Shown here: in pieces, positions 7,508 through 17,112 of the stretch
Numbering within the stretch: position 1 is the stretch's first letter
Layout: each line of letters starts with the position of its first letter
DNA from: Thermoanaerobaculia bacterium
GTDB taxonomy: Bacteria; Acidobacteriota; Thermoanaerobaculia; Gp7-AA8
Direction: 5' to 3'
Length of the DNA: 64,000 nt
Assembly (NCBI GenBank): GCA_035536275.1
Contig: DATLOL010000056.1
Coordinates: 1,339 to 65,338, forward strand
Notes under the pieces: model-generated
What the model was told of the DNA's origin: nothing
Seen by the model: the letters and a program-made list of their open reading frames with translations, nothing else
Databases searched by the model: none
Program-made: the position numbers and the translations under genes

Positions 7508-9873
7508 CGCCGTCTTACGGGCAGCAGCGCCAGGATGATGAGCAGCACGGCCGCAGCGATCGAGACCTTCGCGCCGTTCGCGGCCAGGGTATTCCGGTAA
7601 CGCATCTCCACCCGGTGCCTGCCGTGGGGAACGACCAGGCCCTGGAAGCCGATGTTCGTGACCTGCGGCTCTACGCGTTTGCCGTCGATGGTGACGTGCC
7701 AGTACTTGTTCGGCGTAACGCTCATGACCAGGAACCCGCGACCCTGGCTCTCGACGTCGATCACGGCGGTGTTGTGCGTTTCGCGATGGCCGCGCACGAC
7801 GCCGCGTCCGGGGACGAAGGACGGCGTGTGGACGAAGGCCACGGCCTCGCTGTAGTCGCCGTGGGAGAGCTTCTGGGCGAAGTCGCGGCGGTCGCGGACG
7901 GTCACGATCTGATCGGCGAAGTAATAGCGCGGATGGAATCCGACGTCCGTGTACTGGATCGCCACGGCGCGTTTCATGTCTTTGTTGACCCGTTTGCGCT
8001 CCGCGTCGAACGGCTTGTACTCGCCGCGGAACCGCACGTTGGCCATGGCCACGAACGGGCGCCACCAGTCCTTGCGGCCGGAGCGCTTGACGTCCCAGAG
8101 CGAGTCGACGAGATCGATGGACGGCAGCAGCGCGGTCTTGTCATAGTCGCGCTCGAGCGCCATCTGCAGCCCCTCGCCGGCGGGCGTCATCGGAAAGAGT
8201 CCGTTGCGCACGATCCAGTACACCGCGTCGCCGGTCGAGAAGTATTTCTTGGCCAGGTCCTCCTGGCCATACCAGTCGGCCTCGTGGAAGACGCGCCAGC
8301 GGTCGCGGTCGCGCGGCAGAGCTCGCGAGGCGATCGGCTCGTCGGTGAAGAAGCGCGCCGGCATGCGCGGGTTGATCTGGTGCACGACCGGCAGCACGTC
8401 GGCGAGCAGGAAGACCAGCATCAGGCCGAGCCAGAGCGGCCGTTTGAGCGTGCGCACGGACCACAGCAGCGCGAAGAGGACACCCCCGCGAATCGCGGCG
8501 ATGATCCAGCCCTCGCGCGAGAGCTCCACCATGCGCTGGGCCGCCTTCGGACCCTTCAGTCCCCACACCTTGATGAACAGCTTCGCGTACCACGGCGTGA
8601 ACGCGAAGATGGTCATGGCCAGGGCGACGATGGTCGTCGCGGCGATGAAGCCGAGGGCTGCGTCGCGGATGGCGTCGTCGCCGGCGAGCATGCGGTCGAG
8701 CAGCTTCGAGGCGAACACCATCATCGCGAACAGCGCGACGAGGATGAACTTCTCGGGGTAGCGGATCGACGTGGCGATGCCCAGGTCGTAGAGCCAGCGC
8801 AGCAGCGGCGTGTGACCGCCGAGGGCGATCAGCAGGGAGAAGATGGAGAGGATGAGGACGAAGCGTCCGCCGCGCGGCCGGACGAAGATCGCGCCGATGG
8901 CGAGCGCGGTCACGAGCAGGCCGCAGTAGACGTTGAAGAGGAACGGCGATCCCATCCCCGGATACAGGCCGCCGCCCCAGTACCACATCACCTGTTTGAT
9001 GGAGATGTGCCCGAGGAAGTTGGGGTAGATCAGCTCCGCGAGCTTGGCCCAGGGGAGACTCCACGCGCTGACGAGCGAGTAGTCGAAGGTGCGCGAGCGC
9101 GCGGACTCGCCGACGTGATCGATGGCGGGGATCATCTGCGCCGCGCCGACCGCGATGGCCGCGGCCGAGATCAGGGCAATGAATGCCACGCGCGAGAGCA
9201 TCTCCGGAATCGCATGCGACCGCGGATGGTCCCACTCCCGCGCCGCATACCAGCCGCGATAGAGGGCGTACATGCCGATGAGCAGGCCGGTCTGCATGAC
9301 CGTCGTCGGCTCGGCGACGAGGAACTGCATGCCCAGGAACAGCGACGCGAGCGCGAAGTCGCGCCGGTTCGGGCGCAGCAGGAAGCGCCGTACGAACAGG
9401 CAGGTCAGCGGGATCCACGCCGCGCAGAAGAGGATCGGCAGGAGGTTGATGTAGGAGAGATAGAGGCCGCCCAGCCCGAAGCAGAACGCGCCGAAGAACG
9501 CCGCAGGTACGCGCAACTGCATCGAGCGCAGAAAGGCGTACATGCCGATCAGGCCGATGTAGATGTGCACGAGGATGTGCAGGCGGTAGCCGAGGTCGTA
9601 GCTGGGGAGGAGGATCAGCCAGGTGAACGGGTAGAAGACCTCGTGCTCGGGATTCGCGGCGATCGGCTGCCCGGCCGAAAAATGGCGGTTCCAGTAGGGG
9701 AACTCGCCGTCCTGCACGATGTCCCGCAGGATGTGCTTGGTCGGGTAGTAGTAGCGCGTGAGATCGCGCATGTAGAAGTTGTCCGTCCCGGCCAGCACGT
9801 CGACGAAGAACAACGTGGCGATGAGGGAGAGGAGCGCGATCGCGAAGAGATCGTGTCGCCGGGCGTCGGTCAC
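7495..9873 (-). CDS. YfhO-like polytopic membrane protein (GT-C-type glycosyltransferase candidate), paralog 1
   Basis: GTG start at 9873 forms a GTGA overlap with the stop of the upstream paralog. The track fuses it into a 1508-aa ORF. 'DLFAIALLSLIATLFFVDVLAGTDNFYMRDLTRYYYPTKHILRDIVQDGEFPYWNRHFSAGQPIAANPEHEVFYPFTWLILLP'. It has many TM segments and a C-terminal beta-rich domain ending in a TM. Confidence 0.7.
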   Translation of the reverse strand: MTDARRHDLFAIALLSLIATLFFVDVLAGTDNFYMRDLTRYYYPTKHILRDIVQDGEFPYWNRHFSAGQPIAANPEHEVFYPFTWLILLPSYDLGYRLHILVHIYIGLIGMYAFLRSMQLRVPAAFFGAFCFGLGGLYLSYINLLPILFCAAWIPLTCLFVRRFLLRPNRRDFALASLFLGMQFLVAEPTTVMQTGLLIGMYALYRGWYAAREWDHPRSHAIPEMLSRVAFIALISAAAIAVGAAQMIPAIDHVGESARSRTFDYSLVSAWSLPWAKLAELIYPNFLGHISIKQVMWYWGGGLYPGMGSPFLFNVYCGLLVTALAIGAIFVRPRGGRFVLILSIFSLLIALGGHTPLLRWLYDLGIATSIRYPEKFILVALFAMMVFASKLLDRMLAGDDAIRDAALGFIAATTIVALAMTIFAFTPWYAKLFIKVWGLKGPKAAQRMVELSREGWIIAAIRGGVLFALLWSVRTLKRPLWLGLMLVFLLADVLPVVHQINPRMPARFFTDEPIASRALPRDRDRWRVFHEADWYGQEDLAKKYFSTGDAVYWIVRNGLFPMTPAGEGLQMALERDYDKTALLPSIDLVDSLWDVKRSGRKDWWRPFVAMANVRFRGEYKPFDAERKRVNKDMKRAVAIQYTDVGFHPRYYFADQIVTVRDRRDFAQKLSHGDYSEAVAFVHTPSFVPGRGVVRGHRETHNTAVIDVESQGRGFLVMSVTPNKYWHVTIDGKRVEPQVTNIGFQGLVVPHGRHRVEMRYRNTLAANGAKVSIAAAVLLIILALLPVRRRWHA

Positions 9874-12200
9874 AGGCGGCGCATTGTAATGAAGGCCAGC
9901 GCGAGGAGCGAGAGCAGCGAGATCGCCGCGCCGATCGCGATGAGCGGATTGCGATAGCGCATCTCCACGATGTGCTGTCCCGCCGTCGGAATGACCACGC
10001 CCTGGAAGCCGACGTTCACCTTCAACGCCTCGGTCTCGGCGCCGTCGATCGTCACCCGCCAGTACTTGTGCGGCGTGACGCTGATGACCAGCAAGGCGCG
10101 GCCCTCGGTCTCGACGAGAATGCTCGCGGTGTTGGCGGTCTCGCGCACGCCGCGGACGACACCACGGTGGAGGACAGGCAATCCTGCCTGTCCGGACAGG
10201 CGCGATCGCCTGTCCTCCACGTACGCCACACCCTTCGTCGATCTGGCCGTGGCCAGGCTGCCAGCAAAGTCCTCCGGAGCGCGAATCGGCACTACGCGCT
10301 CGGCGAAGAAGTAGCGCGGGTTGTCGCCGAGGACGGTGATGCGCACGGGTTGCACGCGGCGACGGTCGCCGCCCACGCGCGCGAGTGCCGTCTGCGGATC
10401 TTCGTACGAGCCGAGGTAGCGCGCGTTGGCCATCGGTGCGATGAGCGCCGGCCAGTCCTTGCGGCCGTGAGCGAGCCAGTACGCGATCTCGACAAAGTCC
10501 GTGGTGGCCCGCAGCGCGGTCTGGTCGTAGTCGACCTCCATCACGCTGCGGATGCCCCAGCGCGCGGGCATCATCGGGCGCATGGCGTGGCGGCGGATCC
10601 AGTAGAGGTCCGTGCCGATCGTGTACGGACGGAACGCGACGTCCTGGCTCTGCCACTCGATCGCATGCAGCAGCCGCCAGGGCTGGCGGTTGGCCGGGAG
10701 CTGTTTCGCCAGCGGCGGCGGCTCGTTGAGATATGACGCAGGCATGCGCGGTGTGAGCTCCGGAAAGACGAGGCCGAGGTCGAGCACGACGAGCAAGGCG
10801 ACCAGAGCGATCCAGATCCGGCGGCGTGTCATCGGGAGATTGCGCAGCAGCAGGGCGAGCAACGCGGCGAAGAGGACGGCCACGAGCCACGACGTCCGCG
10901 CCCGAGGCAGCATCTCCGCCACCTCGGCCGCGCGCGGCCGCCAGACGCGGACGAACAGATCCGGCTGCAGCATCGTGATCGCGCCGAGGACGGCGGCCAA
11001 TGCGCCGATGACGGCCGCTACGCGCATGGCTGTGCGGCGAAGGCGGTCGTCGCCGGCGAGCATCTGCTCCAGCACGCGCGCGCCGAACACGGTCGCGGCG
11101 AAGACGCCCATCAGCAGGTACTTCTCCGGATAGCGAACCGATTGCGCGAGGCCGAGGTCGTACAGCCATCGCCAGAGCGGTGTGTGCGATCCCAGGGCGA
11201 GCAGCCACGACACGGCCAGAATCGACCCCGTCAGCGCCGCGCCGCGAACGCGGAGCACGAGACCGGCGATCAGCATCACGGCAATGAGCAGTCCCGGATA
11301 GATGCTCATGAAGAACGGCGTGGCGCGGTCGTAGAGCCGCGCGCCCCAGAAGACGTTGACGTCCGGATTGTGATGGCCGAGAAAGTGCGGAAACAGCAGC
11401 TCGCCGATGCGGGCGAGCGGCGCGCTCCACGTCGTCACGACCTCGTAGGTGAAGCCGCGCGCGCGGACGGAGTCCGCGGCGTGATCGACGGCGGGAAGGA
11501 ACATGACTGCTGCGACGGCCAGTGCGGCGACGGAGATCAGCGCCACGCGCAACAGCGGACGCGGGCTGCGCTCCCGAATGCCCAGGGCGATCGCGTACGC
11601 GCCGAGGAGAAAGCCGGTCTGGGCGACGGTCGTGGGCTCGCCGACCAGCATCTGCAGCCCCAGCGACATCGCCGCCAAGCCGAAGTCCCGCGGTCTCCGC
11701 TCCAGCAGATAGCGCCGCGTGAAGAGACAGGTCAACGGCAGCCAGGCCAGCACGAACAGGATCGGCAGCAGGGTGAGGCACGAGAGCACGACGCCGCCCA
11801 TCGCGAACGAGAGCGCGCCGATGAATGCCGCCGCGGGCGAGTTGCGCATCGACCGGAGCAGCGCGTACATCGTCCAGGCGGAGATCTGAATGTGCAGGAC
11901 CAGCAGCAGGCGGAATCCGAAGTCGTAGCTGGGCAGGAGGATCAGCCACGTCAGCGGATAGAAGACCTCGTGCTCGGGGTTTGCGGCCATCGGCTGTCCG
12001 GCGGCGAGGAGCGGATTCCAATAGGGGAACTCTCCGCCGAGGACGATCTCGCGGAGCACGTGCTTGGCGGGGTAGTAGTAGTGAGAGATGTCGCGCAGGT
12101 AGAGCGCGTTGCGCCCTTCGAGGACGTCGATGAAGAAGACGGCGATGATGGCGGTGAGGATCGCCAGCGCGAGAAGGTCGGTGCGCCGCTCGCCGCTCAC
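9870..12200 (-). CDS. YfhO-like polytopic membrane protein, paralog 2
   Basis: 776 aa. 'FFIDVLEGRNALYLRDISHYYYPAKHVLREIVLGGEFPYWNPLLAAGQPMAANPEHEVFYPLTWLILLPSYDFGFRL' is colinear with paralogs 1 and 3. Confidence 0.7.
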   Translation of the reverse strand: MSGERRTDLLALAILTAIIAVFFIDVLEGRNALYLRDISHYYYPAKHVLREIVLGGEFPYWNPLLAAGQPMAANPEHEVFYPLTWLILLPSYDFGFRLLLVLHIQISAWTMYALLRSMRNSPAAAFIGALSFAMGGVVLSCLTLLPILFVLAWLPLTCLFTRRYLLERRPRDFGLAAMSLGLQMLVGEPTTVAQTGFLLGAYAIALGIRERSPRPLLRVALISVAALAVAAVMFLPAVDHAADSVRARGFTYEVVTTWSAPLARIGELLFPHFLGHHNPDVNVFWGARLYDRATPFFMSIYPGLLIAVMLIAGLVLRVRGAALTGSILAVSWLLALGSHTPLWRWLYDLGLAQSVRYPEKYLLMGVFAATVFGARVLEQMLAGDDRLRRTAMRVAAVIGALAAVLGAITMLQPDLFVRVWRPRAAEVAEMLPRARTSWLVAVLFAALLALLLRNLPMTRRRIWIALVALLVVLDLGLVFPELTPRMPASYLNEPPPLAKQLPANRQPWRLLHAIEWQSQDVAFRPYTIGTDLYWIRRHAMRPMMPARWGIRSVMEVDYDQTALRATTDFVEIAYWLAHGRKDWPALIAPMANARYLGSYEDPQTALARVGGDRRRVQPVRITVLGDNPRYFFAERVVPIRAPEDFAGSLATARSTKGVAYVEDRRSRLSGQAGLPVLHRGVVRGVRETANTASILVETEGRALLVISVTPHKYWRVTIDGAETEALKVNVGFQGVVIPTAGQHIVEMRYRNPLIAIGAAISLLSLLALAFITMRRL

Positions 12201-12204
12201 GGCC

Positions 12205-12987
12205 TCACGACGCGACGGGGGCCGCCGTGCGCGAGGGCACGCGGTCGCGGAAGATCCGGTGACTCCAGATCCGCTTTTTGTGCAGCTTGTAGAAGACCAT
12301 CGTCTTGAGGATGCCCAGGCCGTAGCGCACGCCGCGCCAGAATCCGACCTGCGAGGCCTCGTCGAAGTATCGCGTCCGGATCGGCACCTCGGTGATCTTC
12401 AGCCCCTTCGCCACCGCCTGGGCGATGATCTGGGTGTCGAACACGAAGTTGTCGGAGTTGGCCTCGAAGTTCACCGTGTCCAGGAATCGCTTCGTGTACG
12501 CGCGGAAGCCCGAGTGGTACTCGGAGAGGTAGACGTAGAAGGTCGCGTTCTCGATCATCGTCAGGAAGAGATTCGCGAAGTACTTCCACTTCGGCATGCC
12601 CCCTTCGATGGGCCGGCCGCCGAGCATGCGTGAGCCGAAGACGGCGTCGGCCTCGCCGCGAAGGAGCGGCTTCACGAGCTCGGGGATGATGGTCGGGTCG
12701 TACTGGTGGTCGGGATGGACCATGACCATGATCTCGCCGCCCAACTCCTCCATCGCGGTGCGATAGCAGGTCTTCTGGTTGCCGCCGTACCCGCGGTTCT
12801 GCTGGTGCACGACGGTGTGCAGCCCGAGCTTGCGCGAGAGCTCGACGGTACCGTCTTTCGAGCAGTCATCGACGAGCAGGATCTCGTCCACCCAGTCCTT
12901 CGGGATGTCGTCATACGTCGCCTGGAGCGTGCGCTCGGCGTTGTATGCGGGGAGTACGGCGATGACTTTCTTCTCGTGGAGGGGCAT
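12205..12987 (-). CDS. GT2-family polyprenyl-phosphate glycosyltransferase (CsbB/GtrB/DPM1-like)
   Basis: 260 aa. 'VIAVLPAYNAERTL', 'ILLVDDCSKDGT', 'QQNRGYGGNQKT', 'VMVHPDHQYDP' (DxD-like). It ends 4 nt before the start of paralog 2. Confidence 0.85.
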   Translation of the reverse strand: MPLHEKKVIAVLPAYNAERTLQATYDDIPKDWVDEILLVDDCSKDGTVELSRKLGLHTVVHQQNRGYGGNQKTCYRTAMEELGGEIMVMVHPDHQYDPTIIPELVKPLLRGEADAVFGSRMLGGRPIEGGMPKWKYFANLFLTMIENATFYVYLSEYHSGFRAYTKRFLDTVNFEANSDNFVFDTQIIAQAVAKGLKITEVPIRTRYFDEASQVGFWRGVRYGLGILKTMVFYKLHKKRIWSHRIFRDRVPSRTAAPVAS

Positions 12988-13011
12988 TGCGGCGGCGCGG
13001 AGGATAGCACG

Positions 13012-15165
13012 TCACCGCAAGCGCCACAGCAGCGCCAGGAGGGTCACGAGAGAGACCATCCCGCCGATGAAAAAGAGCGGATTCCGATAGCGCATCTCCA
13101 CCACATGGCGTCCCGGGGGAACGCTCACGCTCTGGAAGCCGACGTTCGCGACTTGCGTACTTGTCGTGTTTCCGTCGACCATCACGCGCCAGTACTTGTG
13201 CGGGGTGACGCTCATGTACAGCGCATCGTTTGCCGCGGCGTCGACTTCGATGCGCGCGGTCGTCGGCGTCTCCTTCACGCTCCGCACTGCGCCGTGTTGC
13301 ATCGAGTAGCGCGGCGACGCCGGCAGGTGCAGCAGGCGTACGGGTCGCTGCAGGTCCGGCGGCTGATGGAAGACCGCCACGGCGCAGACGTTCGCCGCGC
13401 GCGCTGCCTTCTCCAGCCACGCCGGGTCCTTTCCGCTCATCGCCCAGACGGCGTCGACAAAGTCGGCGGTCGGCAGCAGCGCGGTGCGCTCGAGATCAGT
13501 CTCGATCGCGGTGGCGATCCCCCACGATCCCGGCATCAGGGGATACATGGCGTTGCGGTGCGTCCAGTAGAGCGTCGGCCGTTGCGTCAGATACGCGCCG
13601 CCCGGCTGCCACCCCGCGACGTGGAGCAGCCGGCAATCGCGATGTCGCGCGTGAAACTCGCGCGCCACGGTGGGCATCTCGTCAAAGTACGAGCGGGGCA
13701 TGCGCGGCGCGATCTCCGGCACGAGCAGGCCGAGGTCGAGGAGGACGAGGGTCATGGCGAGGGCCAGCCAGACCGGCCGCCGCACGCGCGCGAGGTTGCG
13801 GAGGAGGATAAACAGCAACGCCGCGCGACCAGCCGCGAGCAGCCATCCCGAGCGCGACGCGGGCAGCATCTCCGCGATCATCCGCGACGACGGATTCCAC
13901 ATCCGGATGAAGAGCGGCGCGTAGAGAGACGTCAGCGCGAACACCGCGATCGCGCCGAGCACGATGGCCACCACCGCCGCCACGCGCTTCGCCGCGCGAA
14001 TGACCGTCTCATCGCCCGCCAGCAGGCGATCGAGCACGCGCGCGCCGAACACCGTCAGCGCGAAGAGCGCCATGAGGATGAATTTCTCGGGATAACGGAT
14101 CGCGCGCGCGAGGCCGAGGTCGTAGAGCCAGCGCCAGAGCGGCGTGTGCCCGCCCAGGGCGAGGAGGATCGAGAGCGCGACGAGAATGCACGTGATGCGG
14201 CGTCCGCGCACCCCCGCGACGACTCCCGCGATCGCCAGCACGGTCATCACGATGCCGGGATAGATGCTGCGCACGAACGGCACACCGCGCTCGCCGTAGA
14301 GCGGGGAGCCCCAATAGACCGCGCGGCCGTTGAGCATCTGGTGTCCGAGGACGTTGGGGTTGAAGAGCTCCGCGAGGCGGGCGGCGGGCATGCTCCAGCT
14401 CACGACGCGATCGAAGGCGAAGCCACGGCTGCGGACGGAGCCGCGCGCGTGATCGGCGGCCGGGAGGAACTGCACCATCGCCAGCAGCACCGCCACGATG
14501 CAGAGCAGGGCCACGATCGCGACGCCGCGTCCGCGACGCTTCTCCAGCGCGTAAAAACCGAGGATCGTCCCGGTCTGGAGCAGCACGGCGATCTCGCCCA
14601 GGAGCACTTGCACGCCGAGGAACAGCGCGGCCAGCGCGAAGTCCCGTCTCGCGCCATGCACGAGAAATCGCCGCGCGAAGAGGCAGGTCCAGGGCAGCCA
14701 CGCCAGCGTGAGCAGGATGGGAACGAAGTCGTGGACGGCGAGCACGGCGACGAGCGCGAACGAGAGCGCGGCGGCGACGCTGGCCGGCGGGCCGGCGTCC
14801 ATCGATCGGAGCAGCGCGTACATCCCGATCGCCGCGATGAAGAGATGCAGCAGCAGAAAGAGGTTGAAGCCGTACGTGAAGCTGGGCAGGAGGATCAGCC
14901 AGGCCGGCGGATAGAAGACCTGGTGCGCGGGATTGGCCGCCATCGGCTGGCCGCCGCCGATCCAGCGGTTCCACGACGGGAACTCGCCGGCCAGGATCGT
15001 CTCGCGCAGCATCGTCTTCGACGGATGCGCGCCGAACACGAGATCGCGGATGTAGAAGGTGCCGGTGCCGAGGAGGACGTCCGCGAAGAAGAGGGTCAGG
15101 ACTGCCGCGACGACGACAATTCCTGCTGCACCCGCTCGCTCACGGGGACTCCCGCTTCCTCGCAT
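13012..15165 (-). CDS. YfhO-like polytopic membrane protein, paralog 3
   Basis: 717 aa. 'LFFADVLLGTGTFYIRDLVFGAHPSKTMLRETILAGEFPSWNRWIGGGQPMAANPAHQVFYPPAWLILLPSF'. The start is uncertain because the annotated start overlaps the sirC-like gene by 70 nt. Confidence 0.65.
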   Translation of the reverse strand: MRGSGSPRERAGAAGIVVVAAVLTLFFADVLLGTGTFYIRDLVFGAHPSKTMLRETILAGEFPSWNRWIGGGQPMAANPAHQVFYPPAWLILLPSFTYGFNLFLLLHLFIAAIGMYALLRSMDAGPPASVAAALSFALVAVLAVHDFVPILLTLAWLPWTCLFARRFLVHGARRDFALAALFLGVQVLLGEIAVLLQTGTILGFYALEKRRGRGVAIVALLCIVAVLLAMVQFLPAADHARGSVRSRGFAFDRVVSWSMPAARLAELFNPNVLGHQMLNGRAVYWGSPLYGERGVPFVRSIYPGIVMTVLAIAGVVAGVRGRRITCILVALSILLALGGHTPLWRWLYDLGLARAIRYPEKFILMALFALTVFGARVLDRLLAGDETVIRAAKRVAAVVAIVLGAIAVFALTSLYAPLFIRMWNPSSRMIAEMLPASRSGWLLAAGRAALLFILLRNLARVRRPVWLALAMTLVLLDLGLLVPEIAPRMPRSYFDEMPTVAREFHARHRDCRLLHVAGWQPGGAYLTQRPTLYWTHRNAMYPLMPGSWGIATAIETDLERTALLPTADFVDAVWAMSGKDPAWLEKAARAANVCAVAVFHQPPDLQRPVRLLHLPASPRYSMQHGAVRSVKETPTTARIEVDAAANDALYMSVTPHKYWRVMVDGNTTSTQVANVGFQSVSVPPGRHVVEMRYRNPLFFIGGMVSLVTLLALLWRLR

Positions 15166-15791
15166 GCTCTGGCGATCGTCTCATACGCCTCGGCCCGTCT
15201 GCCGTCGCGCAGCATTTCCAGAATGCCCCGGGCGATGATCCCGTCGAAGAAGCGTTTGCGATCGACGTCGGTGGGGAGCACTCGCTTCGCGCCTTCGCGC
15301 AGCGTGCCCAGGACGTCGTTCACCTCGGCGTACTCCGGACCGATGCTGCGCTGCAGGTCTTCCTTCAGCGTGCGTGCGAGCGCGGGCGACTTGCCGCCGG
15401 TCGAGACGGCCACCTGGATCGAGCCCGACTCGATGATGGCCGGGACGATGAACTCGCAGAGCGGGGTCACGTCGACGACGTTGACCGGGATGCGCCGCGC
15501 GCGGCAGTCGGCGGCGATCTGCTCGTTCACACTCTGCACGTCGGTCGAGGCGATGACGAGGCTCGCACCATCGAGATCGGACGCGTCGTACGGTTTGCGC
15601 TTCAGAGCGAGGCATCCCTCGCGCGCCCACTGCTCGATCTCATCGGTGAACTCGGGCGAGACCACGGTCACGCGCGCGCCGTACTTCATCATCGTCTCGG
15701 CCTTGCGGGCGCAGACGTTGCCGCCGCCGATGATCACGACGCCGCGGTCTTCGATGTCGATGTAGATCGGGTAGTAGGGGTAGCGTTTCAT
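15096..15791 (-). CDS. Precorrin-2 dehydrogenase / sirohydrochlorin ferrochelatase (SirC/Met8/CysG-N type)
   Basis: I place the start at ATG 15791 (MKRYPYYPIYIDIEDRGVVIIGGGNVCARKAETMMKYGARVTVVSP...). The Rossmann 'VVIIGGGNVA-like' motif and 'QVAVSTGGKSPALARTLKEDL' are typical of siroheme synthase N-terminal domains. The track prefix is encoded by the heptamer repeat. Confidence 0.8.
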   Translation of the reverse strand: MKRYPYYPIYIDIEDRGVVIIGGGNVCARKAETMMKYGARVTVVSPEFTDEIEQWAREGCLALKRKPYDASDLDGASLVIASTDVQSVNEQIAADCRARRIPVNVVDVTPLCEFIVPAIIESGSIQVAVSTGGKSPALARTLKEDLQRSIGPEYAEVNDVLGTLREGAKRVLPTDVDRKRFFDGIIARGILEMLRDGRRAEAYETIARACEEAGVPVSERVQQELSSSRQS

Positions 15792-15842
15792 GTGCTGAGT
15801 GCTGAGTGCTGAGTGCCGCACCCAGCACTCAGCACTCAGCAC
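15792..15842. repeat. Heptamer-built hairpin: (GTGCTGA)n ... (TCAGCAC)n fills the whole glyA to sirC-like intergenic gap
   Basis: 15792-15810 (GTGCTGAGTGCTGAGTGCT) is the exact reverse complement of 15824-15842. The element abuts the ATG at 15791 and lies 4 nt from the glyA stop (15847). Confidence 0.9.
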
Positions 15843-15846
15843 CTTC

Positions 15847-17112
15847 TCAGTAAATCGGGAACCGGTCACACAACTCTTTCACGCCCTTCTTCACTTCCTC
15901 GATCGCGGCGGCGTCGCCCTTCGCGTCGAGCGCGCGGGCCATGAGCCTGGCGATCGTGCCCATCTCCGTTTCGAGCAGGCCGCGCGTGGTCACGGCAGGC
16001 GTGCCGATGCGGACGCCCGAGGCCACCATCGGCTTCTGCGTGTCGAAGGGGATGGTGTTCTTGTTCACGGTGATGTTGGCCGCCTCGAGGATGTTCTGCG
16101 CGTCCTTGCCGGTGATGCCTTTCGAGAAGACGTCGGTCATGAAGAGGTGGTTGTCCGTGCCGCCGGAGACGATGCGGAAGCCGGTGTCTTTCACCGCCTC
16201 GCACAGCGCCTTCGCGTTCTTCACGATCTGTCCCTGGTAGGCCTTGAACTCCGTCGACAGCGCTTCCCGGAAGGCCACCGCCTTGGCGGCGATGATGTGC
16301 ACGAGCGGGCCGCCCTGCACGCCCGGGAACGCGGCGCGGTCGAGGTCCTTGGCGTGCTTTTCCTTGCACAGCACCAGCCCCGCGCGCGGTCCGCGCAGAG
16401 TCTTGTGCGTGGTGGTGGTGACGAAGTCCGCATACGGAACGGGTGAGGGGTGATGTCCGGTGACGACGAGGCCGGCGATGTGGGCGATGTCGGCCATCAT
16501 CAGCGCGCCCACGCCGTCGGCGACCTCGCGGATGCGCTTGAAGTCGATGACCCGCGAGTACGCCGACGCCCCGCAGATGATCATCCGCGGCTTCGACTCC
16601 TCGGCGATGCGCTGCATCTCGTCGTAGTCGATCAGCTCATCTTCCTTGCGCACGCCGTAGGCCACGACCTTGAAGTCGCGGCCGCTGTATGAGAGCGGAT
16701 GGCCGTGAGTGAGATGGCCGCCGTGCGAGAGGTCCATGCCCATGATCGTGTCGCCCGGCTTGAGCATGGCGAAGTACACGGCCATGTTCGCCTGCGAGCC
16801 GGAGTGCGGCTGCACGTTCGCGTGCTCGGCGCCGAAGAGCTCCTTCGCGCGCTGGATGGCGATGTTCTCGACGATGTCCGTCGGCCCGCAGCCGCCGTAG
16901 TAACGCTTGCCCGGATAGCCTTCCGCGTACTTGTTCGTGAAGACCGACCCCATGGCCGTGAGCACGGCCGTCGAGACGTGGTTCTCGGACGCGATCAGCT
17001 CGAGCGTGTCGTTCTGACGCGTCGTCTCGAGCTTGATGGCGTCGAAGATGTCGGGATCGGTGTCGGCGAGGCTGCGGTGCAGAAAATCGTGGCCGATAGC
17101 GGCTGTCGTCAT
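15847..17112 (-). CDS. glyA: Serine hydroxymethyltransferase
   Basis: 421 aa. '[11 protein letters not shown]', '[17 protein letters not shown]', '[13 protein letters not shown]' (PLP lysine). Confidence 0.95.
   Translation of the reverse strand: MTTAAIGHDFLHRSLADTDPDIFDAIKLETTRQNDTLELIASENHVSTAVLTAMGSVFTNKYAEGYPGKRYYGGCGPTDIVENIAIQRAKELFGAEHANVQPHSGSQANMAVYFAMLKPGDTIMGMDLSHGGHLTHGHPLSYSGRDFKVVAYGVRKEDELIDYDEMQRIAEESKPRMIICGASAYSRVIDFKRIREVADGVGALMMADIAHIAGLVVTGHHPSPVPYADFVTTTTHKTLRGPRAGLVLCKEKHAKDLDRAAFPGVQGGPLVHIIAAKAVAFREALSTEFKAYQGQIVKNAKALCEAVKDTGFRIVSGGTDNHLFMTDVFSKGITGKDAQNILEAANITVNKNTIPFDTQKPMVASGVRIGTPAVTTRGLLETEMGTIARLMARALDAKGDAAAIEEVKKGVKELCDRFPIY

Noticed and set aside
7501-9957. 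818-aa plus-strand ORF, and likewise 12706..15765 + (1019 aa), 9972..10736 + and 11142..12308 +
   Set aside because: They are antisense shadows of the YfhO-like and GT2 genes. They are low-complexity (R/D/E/H/G-rich) and contain no TM or domain motifs.
9874-12021. N-terminal 716 aa of the 1508-aa track ORF 7495..12021
   Set aside because: This part is Arg/Pro/Ala-rich nonsense read in an alternative frame of paralog 2 (9870..12200). A GTG at 9873 with a GTGA overlap gives a protein colinear with its paralogs.
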